A stretch of DNA of 63,298 bases, filler included, from an uncultured bacterium (GCA_964609495.1; 8 parts of 8 records of this genome joined end to end with filler, not necessarily neighbours in it), one strand, 5' to 3'. Positions 19,694 through 29,767 are shown, numbered from the whole stretch's first letter. A program made the numbers and translations. Notes: generated from the sequence alone by a model not told the origin.

Positions 19694-19864
19694 AAGCTAT
19701 GGAAGCATATTAAATTGGGGATCTGATACTTCACCTCTCCTCGAGGGAGGAAGAGGATTATCTCTCTTCATCTTAAGCTCAGGATATAATTTCCCCTCAC
19801 CCTAAGTCTATACTTCGTATTATCCTCTCCCTTGATGGGGGGATTAGGGGGAGGGTGTAAAGGA

Positions 19865-19932
19865 AACTTTTTAATTCTGGTAACTTTTTAACCTTATATA
19901 TTTTTGGAAGCGAAAGTTACCAGAACACTTGA
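19865..19932. repeat. 68-bp palindromic dispersed repeat (copy at 38961-39028)
   Basis: one mismatch between copies; stem TTCTGGTAACTTT/AAAGTTACCAGAA. Confidence 0.85.
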
Positions 19933-20010
19933 GTTTTGTTGCCTGCAAAAGTTTTCTTTGTCTAAACAATTCTTCTTGAAACTAATCAATGAAGAAAGGA
20001 GGGAATAGAA

Positions 20011-20583
20011 ATGATGAAGATCAGAGTGTTCTTTCTACTGATGATGACTCTTGCCTTAGTAGTGTCAGGAGCCATCTGCACATCACCGACTCCCGGGTCA
20101 ATACCATGCATCCATTTCGGGGATTTGCCATTCGGAACGACTTATCACGTAGGGGACACGTTCCATCCCTCGGGTCACATGGTTACAGGCAACGATTTCC
20201 AATATAGTACTGGGGGTTGGACTAGCGATGGTTATGCGAAGGTTGGAAATGCCGGGGAAGCTGGTGGCTCGGGATTGGAGATGTTTGTTAGCAATATTAA
20301 CCTCGACTTCAATTTCGGCAGCGATGTAAAAGACCTCAGCTTCCGCTTCGGTGAGTACGGTGGTAACCTCAATATCAAAATCAACGGCTATTTTAAAAAC
20401 TTCGCCAATTTCGCCGATATCAACGGAACCACCTTCGGTAGCGTTAGCGTTTCCGTTACCAATGGCCTTGGCAATGACAAAGGAGAGGTAAAGTTGACCG
20501 GTGGCATAATCACATCGTTCTCTGTTGGTGGGCAAGAACTGTTCATTGACGATGTTTGCCCATCAACGCGTATAATATACTAG
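20011..20583 (+). CDS. exported beta-rich protein, paralog 2
   Basis: signal peptide ending GAIC, shared domain. Confidence 0.88.
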   Translation: MMKIRVFFLLMMTLALVVSGAICTSPTPGSIPCIHFGDLPFGTTYHVGDTFHPSGHMVTGNDFQYSTGGWTSDGYAKVGNAGEAGGSGLEMFVSNINLDFNFGSDVKDLSFRFGEYGGNLNIKINGYFKNFANFADINGTTFGSVSVSVTNGLGNDKGEVKLTGGIITSFSVGGQELFIDDVCPSTRIIY

Positions 20584-20666
20584 CTCTAAAATTTAAGGAA
20601 GGTGATAAATAATGATAATCAGGTAACTGAGGAAGCATATAAAATTAAGGAAAGGAGAGAATAATA

Positions 20667-21224
20667 ATGAAAATCAGAATGCTCTTTTTACTGATGGTGG
20701 TTCTCGCCTTAATAGCGTTAGGGGCCGTCTGTGAACCGCCACCTTCTGGACCAATGAGGTGCATCGATTTCGAGGACTTGGCATTAGGAACGATTTACAC
20801 TGTAGGGATCTCGTTCCATCCCTCGGGTTACACGGTTACAGGCAAGGATTTCCAATGGAGTAATGGGATTTGGACTAACAATGGCTACGCGAAGGTCGAT
20901 AATGTCGTGAAAGCTGGTGGTTCGGGTAAGGATATGCAGGTTAATAACATCAATCTCGACTTCAATTTCGGTGGCGCAATAAAAGAACTCAGATTCCGCT
21001 TCGGCGAGTATGGCGGTAACCTCAACATCGACATCAATGGCGATTTTAAAAACTTCAACAATTTCGTCGATATCAAAGGGACCACAATCGGTGGCGTTAA
21101 TGTCTCTGTTACCAATGGCCTTGGCAATGATAAAGGAGAGGTAAAGTTGACCGGTGGAACGATCAACTCATTCGCCGTTGGTGGGCAAGAATTATGGCTC
21201 GACGATATTTGCCCATCTCGATAG
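20667..21224 (+). CDS. exported beta-rich protein, paralog 3
   Basis: signal peptide ending GAVC, shared domain. Confidence 0.88.
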   Translation: MKIRMLFLLMVVLALIALGAVCEPPPSGPMRCIDFEDLALGTIYTVGISFHPSGYTVTGKDFQWSNGIWTNNGYAKVDNVVKAGGSGKDMQVNNINLDFNFGGAIKELRFRFGEYGGNLNIDINGDFKNFNNFVDIKGTTIGGVNVSVTNGLGNDKGEVKLTGGTINSFAVGGQELWLDDICPSR

Positions 21225-21465
21225 AAACTATAGAGGCATACAAAATCGGGTTCTGATATTTCACCTCCCTCTCTTAGGAGGGGGAGGATTATCTCTTTCG
21301 CTCTTATACGAAGTATCGACTTATTCACATTACGAGGTAAAGACATTTTTCCCTCACCTTAGCTCTCTCTCACTAGTGGAGAGGAAATATCTGGATAGGA
21401 ATTGCTTTTTATATTAGTCTATACTTCGTATTTGAAACTAATTAAAAAGAAAGGAGGGGATAGAA

Positions 21466-22224
21466 ATGATAAAGATCAGAGTATTTCTTTTACTGATGGT
21501 AGTTTTCGCCTTAATAGTGTTGGGGGCTGTCTGTGAAGAGCCTCTCCCAGATGACCTTCCAGAGACTCGGGATGAAACAACACTTTACGAAGGAATAAAA
21601 ACCTATGTTCTCACTTCAGCGGGATGGTGGTATCGACAGGATGGGGTGGTTGATACCAACGTAAATAGCTATTTCCCAGACATTAACCTAAGAAATACAG
21701 ATACTGCTGAATTGCTTTCCGATCTGGGATTGCCAACGAATAGGACTAGCAATGCTACGGAGGTTTGGCAGAGGACTTGTGCTGTCTGGAATTGGCTTAG
21801 AAGTAACTTGCTGACTCCAGGAACAACCGATTATGATAACGCCAAAAGTTATTACGAGAGTCTTGGGCACTGGCCCTCTTTCGCCGATATTTCCTACATT
21901 TATACCCATTTTGGAGGGATATATGTAGGCACTTGTATGAGCAGAGCTCAAACCTTTGCCACCCTACTTTGGGTTGTGGGAGTTCATCCTGATCTCTTCG
22001 CGATCGGGGAGTCGAAATGGAAAGCAGAGTATAGCCAACATATGTTCGTGATTCTCTACCTTGATCCTCACTGGTATTACGTAGATCCGAGCTGTCTTGA
22101 GCAGAAAAGTCTATCCTCCGGAAAGGTTGAAAGTGTAGGATGTACTGCGGCTGATTATAAGCATCCCAACACTATCAAAATTGTGCCTGAGTCTAATTTG
22201 AACAAGGTCCCACTTGTAGAATGA
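21466..22224 (+). CDS. exported transglutaminase-like (Cys-His-Asp) protein
   Basis: GTCMSRAQTFATLL, HMFV, WYYVDPS; same signal peptide as the paralogs. Confidence 0.8.
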   Translation: MIKIRVFLLLMVVFALIVLGAVCEEPLPDDLPETRDETTLYEGIKTYVLTSAGWWYRQDGVVDTNVNSYFPDINLRNTDTAELLSDLGLPTNRTSNATEVWQRTCAVWNWLRSNLLTPGTTDYDNAKSYYESLGHWPSFADISYIYTHFGGIYVGTCMSRAQTFATLLWVVGVHPDLFAIGESKWKAEYSQHMFVILYLDPHWYYVDPSCLEQKSLSSGKVESVGCTAADYKHPNTIKIVPESNLNKVPLVE

Positions 22225-22386
22225 TCATAGTTGGCTTTTGAACTTCTAATTCGGTTATGCAGAGCTAATATTTTGTTAGGGAGTTGTGGGAGAGGGGACG
22301 TCGAGATAGGACTGGACCCCAGTTCCCTCTCCCTTAGGGGAGGGTGATTTAGAGCGGCTTTGAGATCTAAGCTGATAGATCACATC

Positions 22387-22437
22387 TGGGTTATCAGGAA
22401 GCTATTGACTAATGTTGTAGCTCTTGGTATAATTAAC
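22387..22437 (+). promoter_or_regulatory. promoter cassette duplicated at about 23774-23824
   Basis: GGGTTATCAGGRAGCTATTGACTAATGTTGTAGCTCTTGRTATAATTAAC; TTGACT-17 bp-TATAAT. Confidence 0.75.
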
Positions 22438-22577
22438 GTCAAATAAGGAGATCATCTGCTCAAGTAGCTTCAAAGAAAAAAAATCCCTATTTGAAACTAC
22501 TTAAATCTGTGAAAGGAGGACTGAAACAAAAAGTCCTAAAAGAAGGATGATTAGTTTCTTTTTATGGAGGTGCTAAC

Positions 22578-23600
22578 ATGAAGATCTTTGACTTTCTAAG
22601 ATGTAAAAGTCAAATATTGGTGCTTGAGATTATTGTGCTCCTTCTATTTACTTTGACGGTTGGGAGTGTATCAGCTAGTGAGTCAGGAGTAAGTGAGAAA
22701 CCAGAAGAAAACCAGGAATTACTCAACTGTCTCTGTAGCTGTGCGGCCCCCCCTGGAGGACAATTCGTGTGTAGTTACAATCTAGAAGATAAGGGATGGT
22801 CGCCCTCATGCGCAAACCTTGAAAATGGACCCTGTATCTGTAAAGCATACGGTTGCTTCAGAACAAAACTTCCCCCAGAAGGTGAGTGTGGAGATTGGTG
22901 CAAAGAGTGCGTTAAAAAATGTTATGAGAAGTACGGTGTACCCGAGGGTGGTCAACCACCATCTCCCCCTGACGAAGAAGACTATGACTGGGAAGAAAAT
23001 TGGAATGAATACGATGAATGGGAAGAAGATTGGGAAGATTGGAATGAATACGATGAATACAATGAGTGGGAAGAAGATTGGGATGAGTATGAAGAGTGGG
23101 AAGAGGGCTATTGGGGAGATGAAGTGACTGCTGTCGATATATTTAATATATATCCCGAAAGGTTTCGTCGATGCTACGATCTCCCCTATGCTGAGATCCA
23201 TAAACAGCCGCCTCCCTCAGAAAGACTATCGGTAGGAGAAGAGAAAAAAAGAATTTATGATGATCTCATTGATAATGGGTATCAATGGCTTAGAACAGGG
23301 TTTATACCCAAAGGAGTAGGAGAAAGAGCAGAAGAATTTCCTGACTTAGGCTTGGAGCCAGGGGACATTCTAATGTTAGGCTTCGATTCCCTTGACCCTC
23401 ACAATGCCCCTCATTATACTGTGGTAGGACCAGATGGGATGATCTATCAGGTTATCAACTGGTCCGAGGGAGGAGCCCTAGATGGTCCTCGCTCTCCAGA
23501 ATGGCTTTTCAAAAAAAGAACGCTTGTAAATCCCTTTACGGGAGGGACGAAAACCTCCCCTAGGATTTTTCAACACTACATAATTTTTAGAAAAGAGTAG
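22578..23600 (+). CDS. exported protein with a 12-Cys domain and a Trp/Glu/Asp low-complexity linker
   Basis: signal peptide (VSA-SE), RBS GGAGGTG, internal tandem repeats about 22975-23120. Confidence 0.85.
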   Translation: MKIFDFLRCKSQILVLEIIVLLLFTLTVGSVSASESGVSEKPEENQELLNCLCSCAAPPGGQFVCSYNLEDKGWSPSCANLENGPCICKAYGCFRTKLPPEGECGDWCKECVKKCYEKYGVPEGGQPPSPPDEEDYDWEENWNEYDEWEEDWEDWNEYDEYNEWEEDWDEYEEWEEGYWGDEVTAVDIFNIYPERFRRCYDLPYAEIHKQPPPSERLSVGEEKKRIYDDLIDNGYQWLRTGFIPKGVGERAEEFPDLGLEPGDILMLGFDSLDPHNAPHYTVVGPDGMIYQVINWSEGGALDGPRSPEWLFKKRTLVNPFTGGTKTSPRIFQHYIIFRKE

Positions 23601-23863
23601 CACTCAAATAGGGGCATTCTCACGAATACTACCTTCTTTAAAATTTTAACTCTAATTTCTTCCTCCCTTTTCAAGTGGTTTCAAGTAAATAAGTTCTTGT
23701 ATTACCTCCCTCACCCTATAAGATAACTTAAGTCTATGCTTCGCATTTCATAATGATATAAGTTATCTTACCTTGGGTTATCAGGGAGCTATTGACTAAT
23801 GTTGTAGCTCTTGATATAATTAACACTAGGGAGACTCCCAGAAGATAGCGGAGGTAGAAAATA

Positions 23864-24016
23864 GTGAGAACTATTCAAGAAAAATTTGACACTGTGATTA
23901 ATAAAAATACATTTTACTTTTACAATAGAGATTTTGAAGAGAAATATGAGGGGTATGTCAATTCCTTAAAAGAAACTCTATTTGATACAATAGAGCATAA
24001 TAAGAAAGGATGGTGA
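23864..24016 (+). pseudogene. probable 5' fragment of a DpnII-family type II restriction endonuclease
   Basis: RBS GGAGGT + GTG; MRTIQEKFDTVINKNTFYFYNRDFEEKYEGYVNSLKETL resembles that family's N terminus from memory; stops at 50 aa. Confidence 0.45.
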
Positions 24017-24210
24017 TAAACCTGGTTACCTCCGATGTAACTAGGGAAGTANNNNNNNNNNNNNNNNNNNNNNNNNNNNNNNNNNNNNNNNNNNNTTAAT
24101 TAATTAANNNNNNNNNNNNNNNNNNNNNNNNNNNNNNNNNNNNNNNNNNNNCAACGCGATATGGACGGTAACTATTATATTGGATAATGTGATCGCCAAG
24201 CAAAATGGAC

Positions 24211-24256
24211 GTTTAATATGGGGTTGCTGAAGTCGGCAACCCCGAAAACGTTATAT
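24211..24256 (+). mobile_element. degenerate attC-like site
   Basis: GTTTAAT..GGGGTTGCTGA/TCGGCAACCCC..GTTATAT. Confidence 0.45.
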
Positions 24257-24357
24257 GGAATTAAAAGAAAGCCTCGAGTCTTCTATATACCTAAATCCAG
24301 GAATTGTTTTTCCCTTCCTCTCAACTAGTAGGATAACATAATGGAGTAATAAACAAT

Positions 24358-24385
24358 AGTGGTCGGGTCTAAGAACCCGACCACT
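24358..24385. terminator. hairpin downstream of the alpha-2-macroglobulin gene
   Basis: AGTGGTCGGGT-6 nt-ACCCGACCACT. Confidence 0.6.
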
Positions 24386-24416
24386 CACGTTTATTTCTAT
24401 TTTCCTATTCTCCAAC

Positions 24417-27400
24417 TCATTCGAAGATGCTCAACCGATACTCTGCCGACGTTCCCCTTATCTCAGGAAGATACATAGGATATCCGAGCGTTGGCATCAC
24501 ATGGAAGTCCCCAGGAATCTCCGCCCTTAGTCGGTGAGTTATAGTATGCTCTCCTGCTGGCAACCAGGTGCGGAAGATAACCACCTTCTCATCCCGAACC
24601 TCCTTATTGGAATACCACCAGTAGTATTCATCTCTAGTATCTTCAACAGCCTCGCATCCACTGGGCTTCGGATCCTCGAAGACCAGATACTCATAGTCGT
24701 TATCGGCTTTGATCGTCAGCTTAACCTCGATCTCATCGCCAGATCTTACCTCTCCCTCAAGCGGTATCCTATCATATACTAATTTGTTATCTCTATCGAG
24801 CTTCGGAATAAGGCGGAAATACTCTCGCTTGATCTCCAGACCATAACCGCTAGGAGGTATATCCTCCTCCATTGTATAGTAGGTAAAGATGATGGAGTAG
24901 TAGAAGTTCCCTTCTCCCTCCCTCTCTACTCTAACGGTGTTTTCCCCATCCGCTATCATATTTCTGGGGAATATAATGGTGCCAGGGAAATCTAAGATGT
25001 TTTCGGGGGTTACCTCCATGATCTTGTATAGATTATCGTTGAGATATATCTCAAGCACATAATTCGCCTTCAACTCCTTAGTCATCCTGACGTGATCGGC
25101 TAGAGCGTAGATCACCGCCGCAGTATCCTTAGTCGATTTCCACTTGCTACCTCGTCTGTTAAGCACTAGCCAATTAACTGCTTTCGATACCAACTCGTGA
25201 TCAGGAGCGATCGCTAGATAAGCTTTCAAGGTATAAGCTGTAGCCTCCACTCTATCACTCGACCAGCGATAATACCTGCGTTCTTTTCCTCCCCAATAGG
25301 CGGTATTATCGGTGAGGGTGGCATATCCCTCCATATTTCTGATGAGCAGTTGAGCATCAGCACCTCTTCCCAAGTTATGTAAACTCAAGGCTAAGAAAGC
25401 TCTGGTGAGATCGTTTAACTCATCGCGCTCGGAGAAGAGATATTCGATCTCTTCTTCGATATCCTTTACTCCAGCCTCCGTTAGAGAATAGATAGCATAG
25501 GCTTTGGTATCAAGCTCTTTGATGCTCTTTAAGCCGTCCTTCAGGAAATCTACGCCTCTTCGCAAAACATCTTGAGATACGGCAAAATCCGCCGCCTGAG
25601 CTTGTGCCAACCCATAGACCACATAAGCGGTCATATAGTATTGAGAATCGCCATTCTTCCACCAGCCCCAACCACCATCGCTGTGCTGGAAGTCATATAG
25701 CCTCTTCAATCCCTTCTCGACCATATCGGGAAGCTTTGCCTCCAAATCCTCATTCCTCTGACCCAATTCTTGTAGTACCCTCGCCACGATCACATCTGGC
25801 AGGAAACGGCTCATAGTCTGTTCCACACAGCCGTAGGGATAGCCAGCTAGATAGGGAAGAGCTTCTAACAACGCGGAAGCGATGGTCGGGGAGAGGATGA
25901 GCTTCAATTCGTCAGCTTCCTTGTTTCTATCCGCGGGAACTTCGAGCTTTTCCGTGAACACCTTTTCGCTCTTTCCAGTGGAGACGATCGCCTTCTCAAT
26001 ACCGTGGGGGAGAATGGGGAAGGTGTATTGCACTGCATCGGACTCCTCATCAGTCAGAGCGGTAGCGGTTATCTTAACTTCACCGGGAGAGGTGGCTTTG
26101 ACTTTCCAATCCACTCGTATCTCTTCATTGGGCTCGATCGTTATCTCTTTACTACTATCCTCCAGCATCTCAAGCCCTTGAGCATCGAGTATGACCTTGC
26201 AATATTTCGCCTCATCAAGGTAATTATGAACTATAGCTGATAGGGTTACCACATCGCGCTGAGTGAAGAAGCGAGGTGCTTCTAAGCGGATGATCACGTT
26301 CTTCCTCGTGATCACCTCCGAGGTCACCCACCCGACTTTGGTATCGAGGGTTATAGCCCTGGCGGTAGCTCTCCAGGTGGTCAAGGTATCGGGGAAGCGA
26401 ACCTCGACCTCCGCTCGACCCGATTCATCGGTCTTAATATATGCTCTCCAGAAGGCGGTATCGGGGAAGTAAGCTCTTATCCTAGCAACTGCGAAGGCCT
26501 CTTCACCTTCCTTCGCTTTTACTCCCCTCTCCATCGGTGCGGCGGCCATCGGCGCTATTTCCTCTTCCAGCATAGCAAATCCCAGCTCGTTAGCCTCTTC
26601 TTTAGCCTCTCCTTCTACAGCCGACCAATATCTGAACTCGAAAGAGCTATTGGTGATGACGCGGTTGTATCTCTTATCTCCATAGAAGAATTTTCTGATG
26701 TCGTCTGCTAGTTCCTCTTGGATATAATATATCGAGGCATCTACTAATCCCAGCGATAATTCCGCTGATACTGGTTCTCCCTTCTCGTTCAAGGTCTCGA
26801 TGGTGAATTTTCCGATCTCTTGAGGACCATACGTTTCCTTATCAGTGATGATCCTTACCTTCAGGAACTTATCGGTGGGGGGAACGATTATATCCTTTTG
26901 GCGGGTGGCGAGCTGGTTAGAGGAGACTATCGCAACGGAGAAATAGACATTAGGAGAGTATTCATCTTTGATAGGAACTTCAAAGGAGGCCGAGTTGCCC
27001 TTCAACTCGATAACGCGACTGTAATACAGACCATCAGCCTCTATCGTGAAGAGGGCGGAGGTATCGCTATAGACTGAATTGATGAGTATATGAGCAGTGT
27101 CACCCTTGTCATACACATCCTTATCGGTGATTATATCCACTCCAGTATAGTCATAAAAAGCTCCGTAGTAATCCTCTCCAGCAACCCAGACATAAGCACT
27201 CCCTTCGACCATCTCCTCTCTTTCGTCTAGGGCGGTTACCTTAACCCTGAAATATCCCTGCATATCGGGATAAAACTCATAAGTGCCTTTACCCTTCTCA
27301 TCCGTTTCCGCTTTATCCTCGAATAGCTTCTTCTCATCATATCTCTTTCTCTTGCTGTTCCACTTCTCAAGATAGACGGCTATATCGACTGGCGTGCGAA

Positions 27401-29657
27401 CTGGCTTGTTATTAGGAGTTAAGGCTCTGATATTTATCCTAACCTTATCGGTTGGGTTATAGATGAACCTCTCCGCTCTAGCATATAGATAGAAGGCGGT
27501 CCTGGTGACCTTAGCACTCGTATCAGCTATTACCTCTCTTCGGCTCTGATCCACAACCTTTGCCTCTACGCGATATAGATAATCATCATCATCGAACTTA
27601 TCGGCATAGAAGGCTATCACCGCTAGCCCTTCAAGATCGGTCTTCAACTTCCCTTGATCCACAACTTCCTCGTCCCAATATCTCTGATAGGGAGGGGCTT
27701 GTTCGATGAACCAATCGAACTCTCCTGACCACCAGAAGGGATGATAATATTTGCTGCGGAAGACGGTGTAGGTCACATCAGCATTGGGAACAGGACCTCC
27801 GAAGTAGTATTCAGCCTTTAACTCTACCTCGATCCTATCGCCAGGGTGATACAGATCTTGATCGGGAGTTAGGGAGACCTTATATTCGGGTTTTTTATAC
27901 TCCTCCACTCGGAATCTCCCCCGTCCACCGCCTAGATCTAGCTGAGCCTCGATCGAGTAGAAGCCCAGGGGAGGTTCTTCACCTAATACGATCTCTCCGC
28001 TGAAGCTTCCCATCTCGTTAGTCTTGAGCTTCTTCTCGTAGATATATTCACCTTTGGAGTTTCTGATCCTGACTTGTATCTCACGAGATTGCGGAGGTTT
28101 GTATATTCCCCTCTGATATATCCTTAAAATCCCTTTGAAATAGACAGTCTGTTCGGGTCTATATACTGGTCTATCGGTATAGATGTAGATCTTAGCTTGT
28201 TCAGTCTCATAATATCCATACCACCATCTATAGTAGGGTGAGCCTGAGAGGGCGTAGTTATCTCCATACTTAGCCAGAGTTATCGGATATCCTCTCTCGT
28301 TTTCCTTCCTCTTGGCTTCGAATAGACCATCTAAATCGGTGTAACCCTCAGTATATACTTCTCGTTTTTCCTCTGAGATATAGTGACTAACCGCTACTTG
28401 GGCTTCGGCATAAGGCTTACCGGATTGATTGTTCACCACGAAAGCTAATAGCTTATCACTATCGTATTTGGTGACCAAGGCGATATCGGAGACGATCAGT
28501 AGAGTCTTAGTAGTAAGCTCCTCTGAGCTTGTCTCGATTATATAAGCTCCTGAAGCGGTTATGGGAAGCTCGACTTCCTTCATCAACCACTGGTGATCCT
28601 TCTTATCGCCAGTGGATATCGATAAGCTATCCAATCGCTCTAAGCTGGAGGTATCGACCTTCTCCACGCCCAGAACATCTCCAGTACTGCGGAAGAACTT
28701 CATAAGATCGAATTTATACAAGGATAGCTTAACCTCGGAGATATTCCTTGCTCTTAGATTAACAAATATCTCTTGGCCGGGATAGAACATCCGATCGATA
28801 TAGAGGTTTAACACCCTTCTTCTGAGGACAGCTAAAGCAGATTGGGTCTCCTTAGTCCATTCGCTGTCAGGATAGTTATTTAGCAGATTTTCAAGTTCCT
28901 TCTCCGCCTCAAGGAATTTATCTGCCTGAATATAGAGTTGAGCGATTCTACACTGGGCATCATCAGCTAGTTCGGAATCGGGATAGGTACTTAGAAGCCT
29001 TCCCCAAACTTTCAAGGAATTCTCCATCCTCGTTTCATGATCTCCTCCATACTGCTGATAGAACTCTCCCATCTTGAAGAGGACTTCGGCCGCTTGCTCT
29101 TTGGTGGGCTTAAGGCGGAGGATACGGCGATAGTTATTGAGCGCCTTTTCCCTATCATCCCATCTAAGCATATACGTCTGAGCCTGATCGAAGTAGGTTT
29201 GGATAAGCTCTGAACTTTTTATATAGCGTCGCTCATAGTAATCGATCGCCTTCTGATAAGCCTCGATCCCATCATCATAATAGTTCCAGCGATCCCACAC
29301 GAAATAGATATTTCCTATCTGATGATAGGCTTTTGCCATAAATTCTGTATCGGGGAAATCCTTGACTACTCTCTGGAAGGATTTTACGGCATCTTCATAT
29401 CGCTCCAGCTTGAAATCACACATCGCGACCATATACTCAGCCTCGGCCGCGTACTCGCTATCGGGATAGGTCTTAACTATCTCCTCAAAGTAATCTCTAG
29501 CTCTATGATAGGTATGCTCCTCGTAATATTTCATCGCAGTATCATATAGCTCTTCCATCCTATCAGCTCCTTTCCCTCTTGAGATAGCGTTGCCAGTTAC
29601 CAATAGAAACAAGAGGGATACTGATATTATTATACTTAGGAATATCTTTTTCTTCAT
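24417..29657 (-). CDS. bacterial alpha-2-macroglobulin with N-terminal TPR domain
   Basis: YTDRPVYRP MG2, VEEYKKPE, FPDTAFW, thioester motif YPYGCVEQ, DGGWGWW; N-terminal TPR repeats after a signal peptide. Confidence 0.93.
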   Translation of the reverse strand: MKKKIFLSIIISVSLLFLLVTGNAISRGKGADRMEELYDTAMKYYEEHTYHRARDYFEEIVKTYPDSEYAAEAEYMVAMCDFKLERYEDAVKSFQRVVKDFPDTEFMAKAYHQIGNIYFVWDRWNYYDDGIEAYQKAIDYYERRYIKSSELIQTYFDQAQTYMLRWDDREKALNNYRRILRLKPTKEQAAEVLFKMGEFYQQYGGDHETRMENSLKVWGRLLSTYPDSELADDAQCRIAQLYIQADKFLEAEKELENLLNNYPDSEWTKETQSALAVLRRRVLNLYIDRMFYPGQEIFVNLRARNISEVKLSLYKFDLMKFFRSTGDVLGVEKVDTSSLERLDSLSISTGDKKDHQWLMKEVELPITASGAYIIETSSEELTTKTLLIVSDIALVTKYDSDKLLAFVVNNQSGKPYAEAQVAVSHYISEEKREVYTEGYTDLDGLFEAKRKENERGYPITLAKYGDNYALSGSPYYRWWYGYYETEQAKIYIYTDRPVYRPEQTVYFKGILRIYQRGIYKPPQSREIQVRIRNSKGEYIYEKKLKTNEMGSFSGEIVLGEEPPLGFYSIEAQLDLGGGRGRFRVEEYKKPEYKVSLTPDQDLYHPGDRIEVELKAEYYFGGPVPNADVTYTVFRSKYYHPFWWSGEFDWFIEQAPPYQRYWDEEVVDQGKLKTDLEGLAVIAFYADKFDDDDYLYRVEAKVVDQSRREVIADTSAKVTRTAFYLYARAERFIYNPTDKVRINIRALTPNNKPVRTPVDIAVYLEKWNSKRKRYDEKKLFEDKAETDEKGKGTYEFYPDMQGYFRVKVTALDEREEMVEGSAYVWVAGEDYYGAFYDYTGVDIITDKDVYDKGDTAHILINSVYSDTSALFTIEADGLYYSRVIELKGNSASFEVPIKDEYSPNVYFSVAIVSSNQLATRQKDIIVPPTDKFLKVRIITDKETYGPQEIGKFTIETLNEKGEPVSAELSLGLVDASIYYIQEELADDIRKFFYGDKRYNRVITNSSFEFRYWSAVEGEAKEEANELGFAMLEEEIAPMAAAPMERGVKAKEGEEAFAVARIRAYFPDTAFWRAYIKTDESGRAEVEVRFPDTLTTWRATARAITLDTKVGWVTSEVITRKNVIIRLEAPRFFTQRDVVTLSAIVHNYLDEAKYCKVILDAQGLEMLEDSSKEITIEPNEEIRVDWKVKATSPGEVKITATALTDEESDAVQYTFPILPHGIEKAIVSTGKSEKVFTEKLEVPADRNKEADELKLILSPTIASALLEALPYLAGYPYGCVEQTMSRFLPDVIVARVLQELGQRNEDLEAKLPDMVEKGLKRLYDFQHSDGGWGWWKNGDSQYYMTAYVVYGLAQAQAADFAVSQDVLRRGVDFLKDGLKSIKELDTKAYAIYSLTEAGVKDIEEEIEYLFSERDELNDLTRAFLALSLHNLGRGADAQLLIRNMEGYATLTDNTAYWGGKERRYYRWSSDRVEATAYTLKAYLAIAPDHELVSKAVNWLVLNRRGSKWKSTKDTAAVIYALADHVRMTKELKANYVLEIYLNDNLYKIMEVTPENILDFPGTIIFPRNMIADGENTVRVEREGEGNFYYSIIFTYYTMEEDIPPSGYGLEIKREYFRLIPKLDRDNKLVYDRIPLEGEVRSGDEIEVKLTIKADNDYEYLVFEDPKPSGCEAVEDTRDEYYWWYSNKEVRDEKVVIFRTWLPAGEHTITHRLRAEIPGDFHVMPTLGYPMYLPEIRGTSAEYRLSIFE

Positions 29658-29767
29658 TCTCTATCCTCTCCTTTATATATAGATTACTATCTCTCTACCT
29701 CAGTATCATCTTAGTATTAAGACGCATCGGATAGGCAAAAAGTTCCTTCCTAATATTTAATTGATTA

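Noticed and set aside
19031-21224. Diversity-generating retroelement template/variable repeat pair
   Set aside because: All long copies are intact ORFs, differences are not confined to adenines, and no reverse transcriptase is visible.
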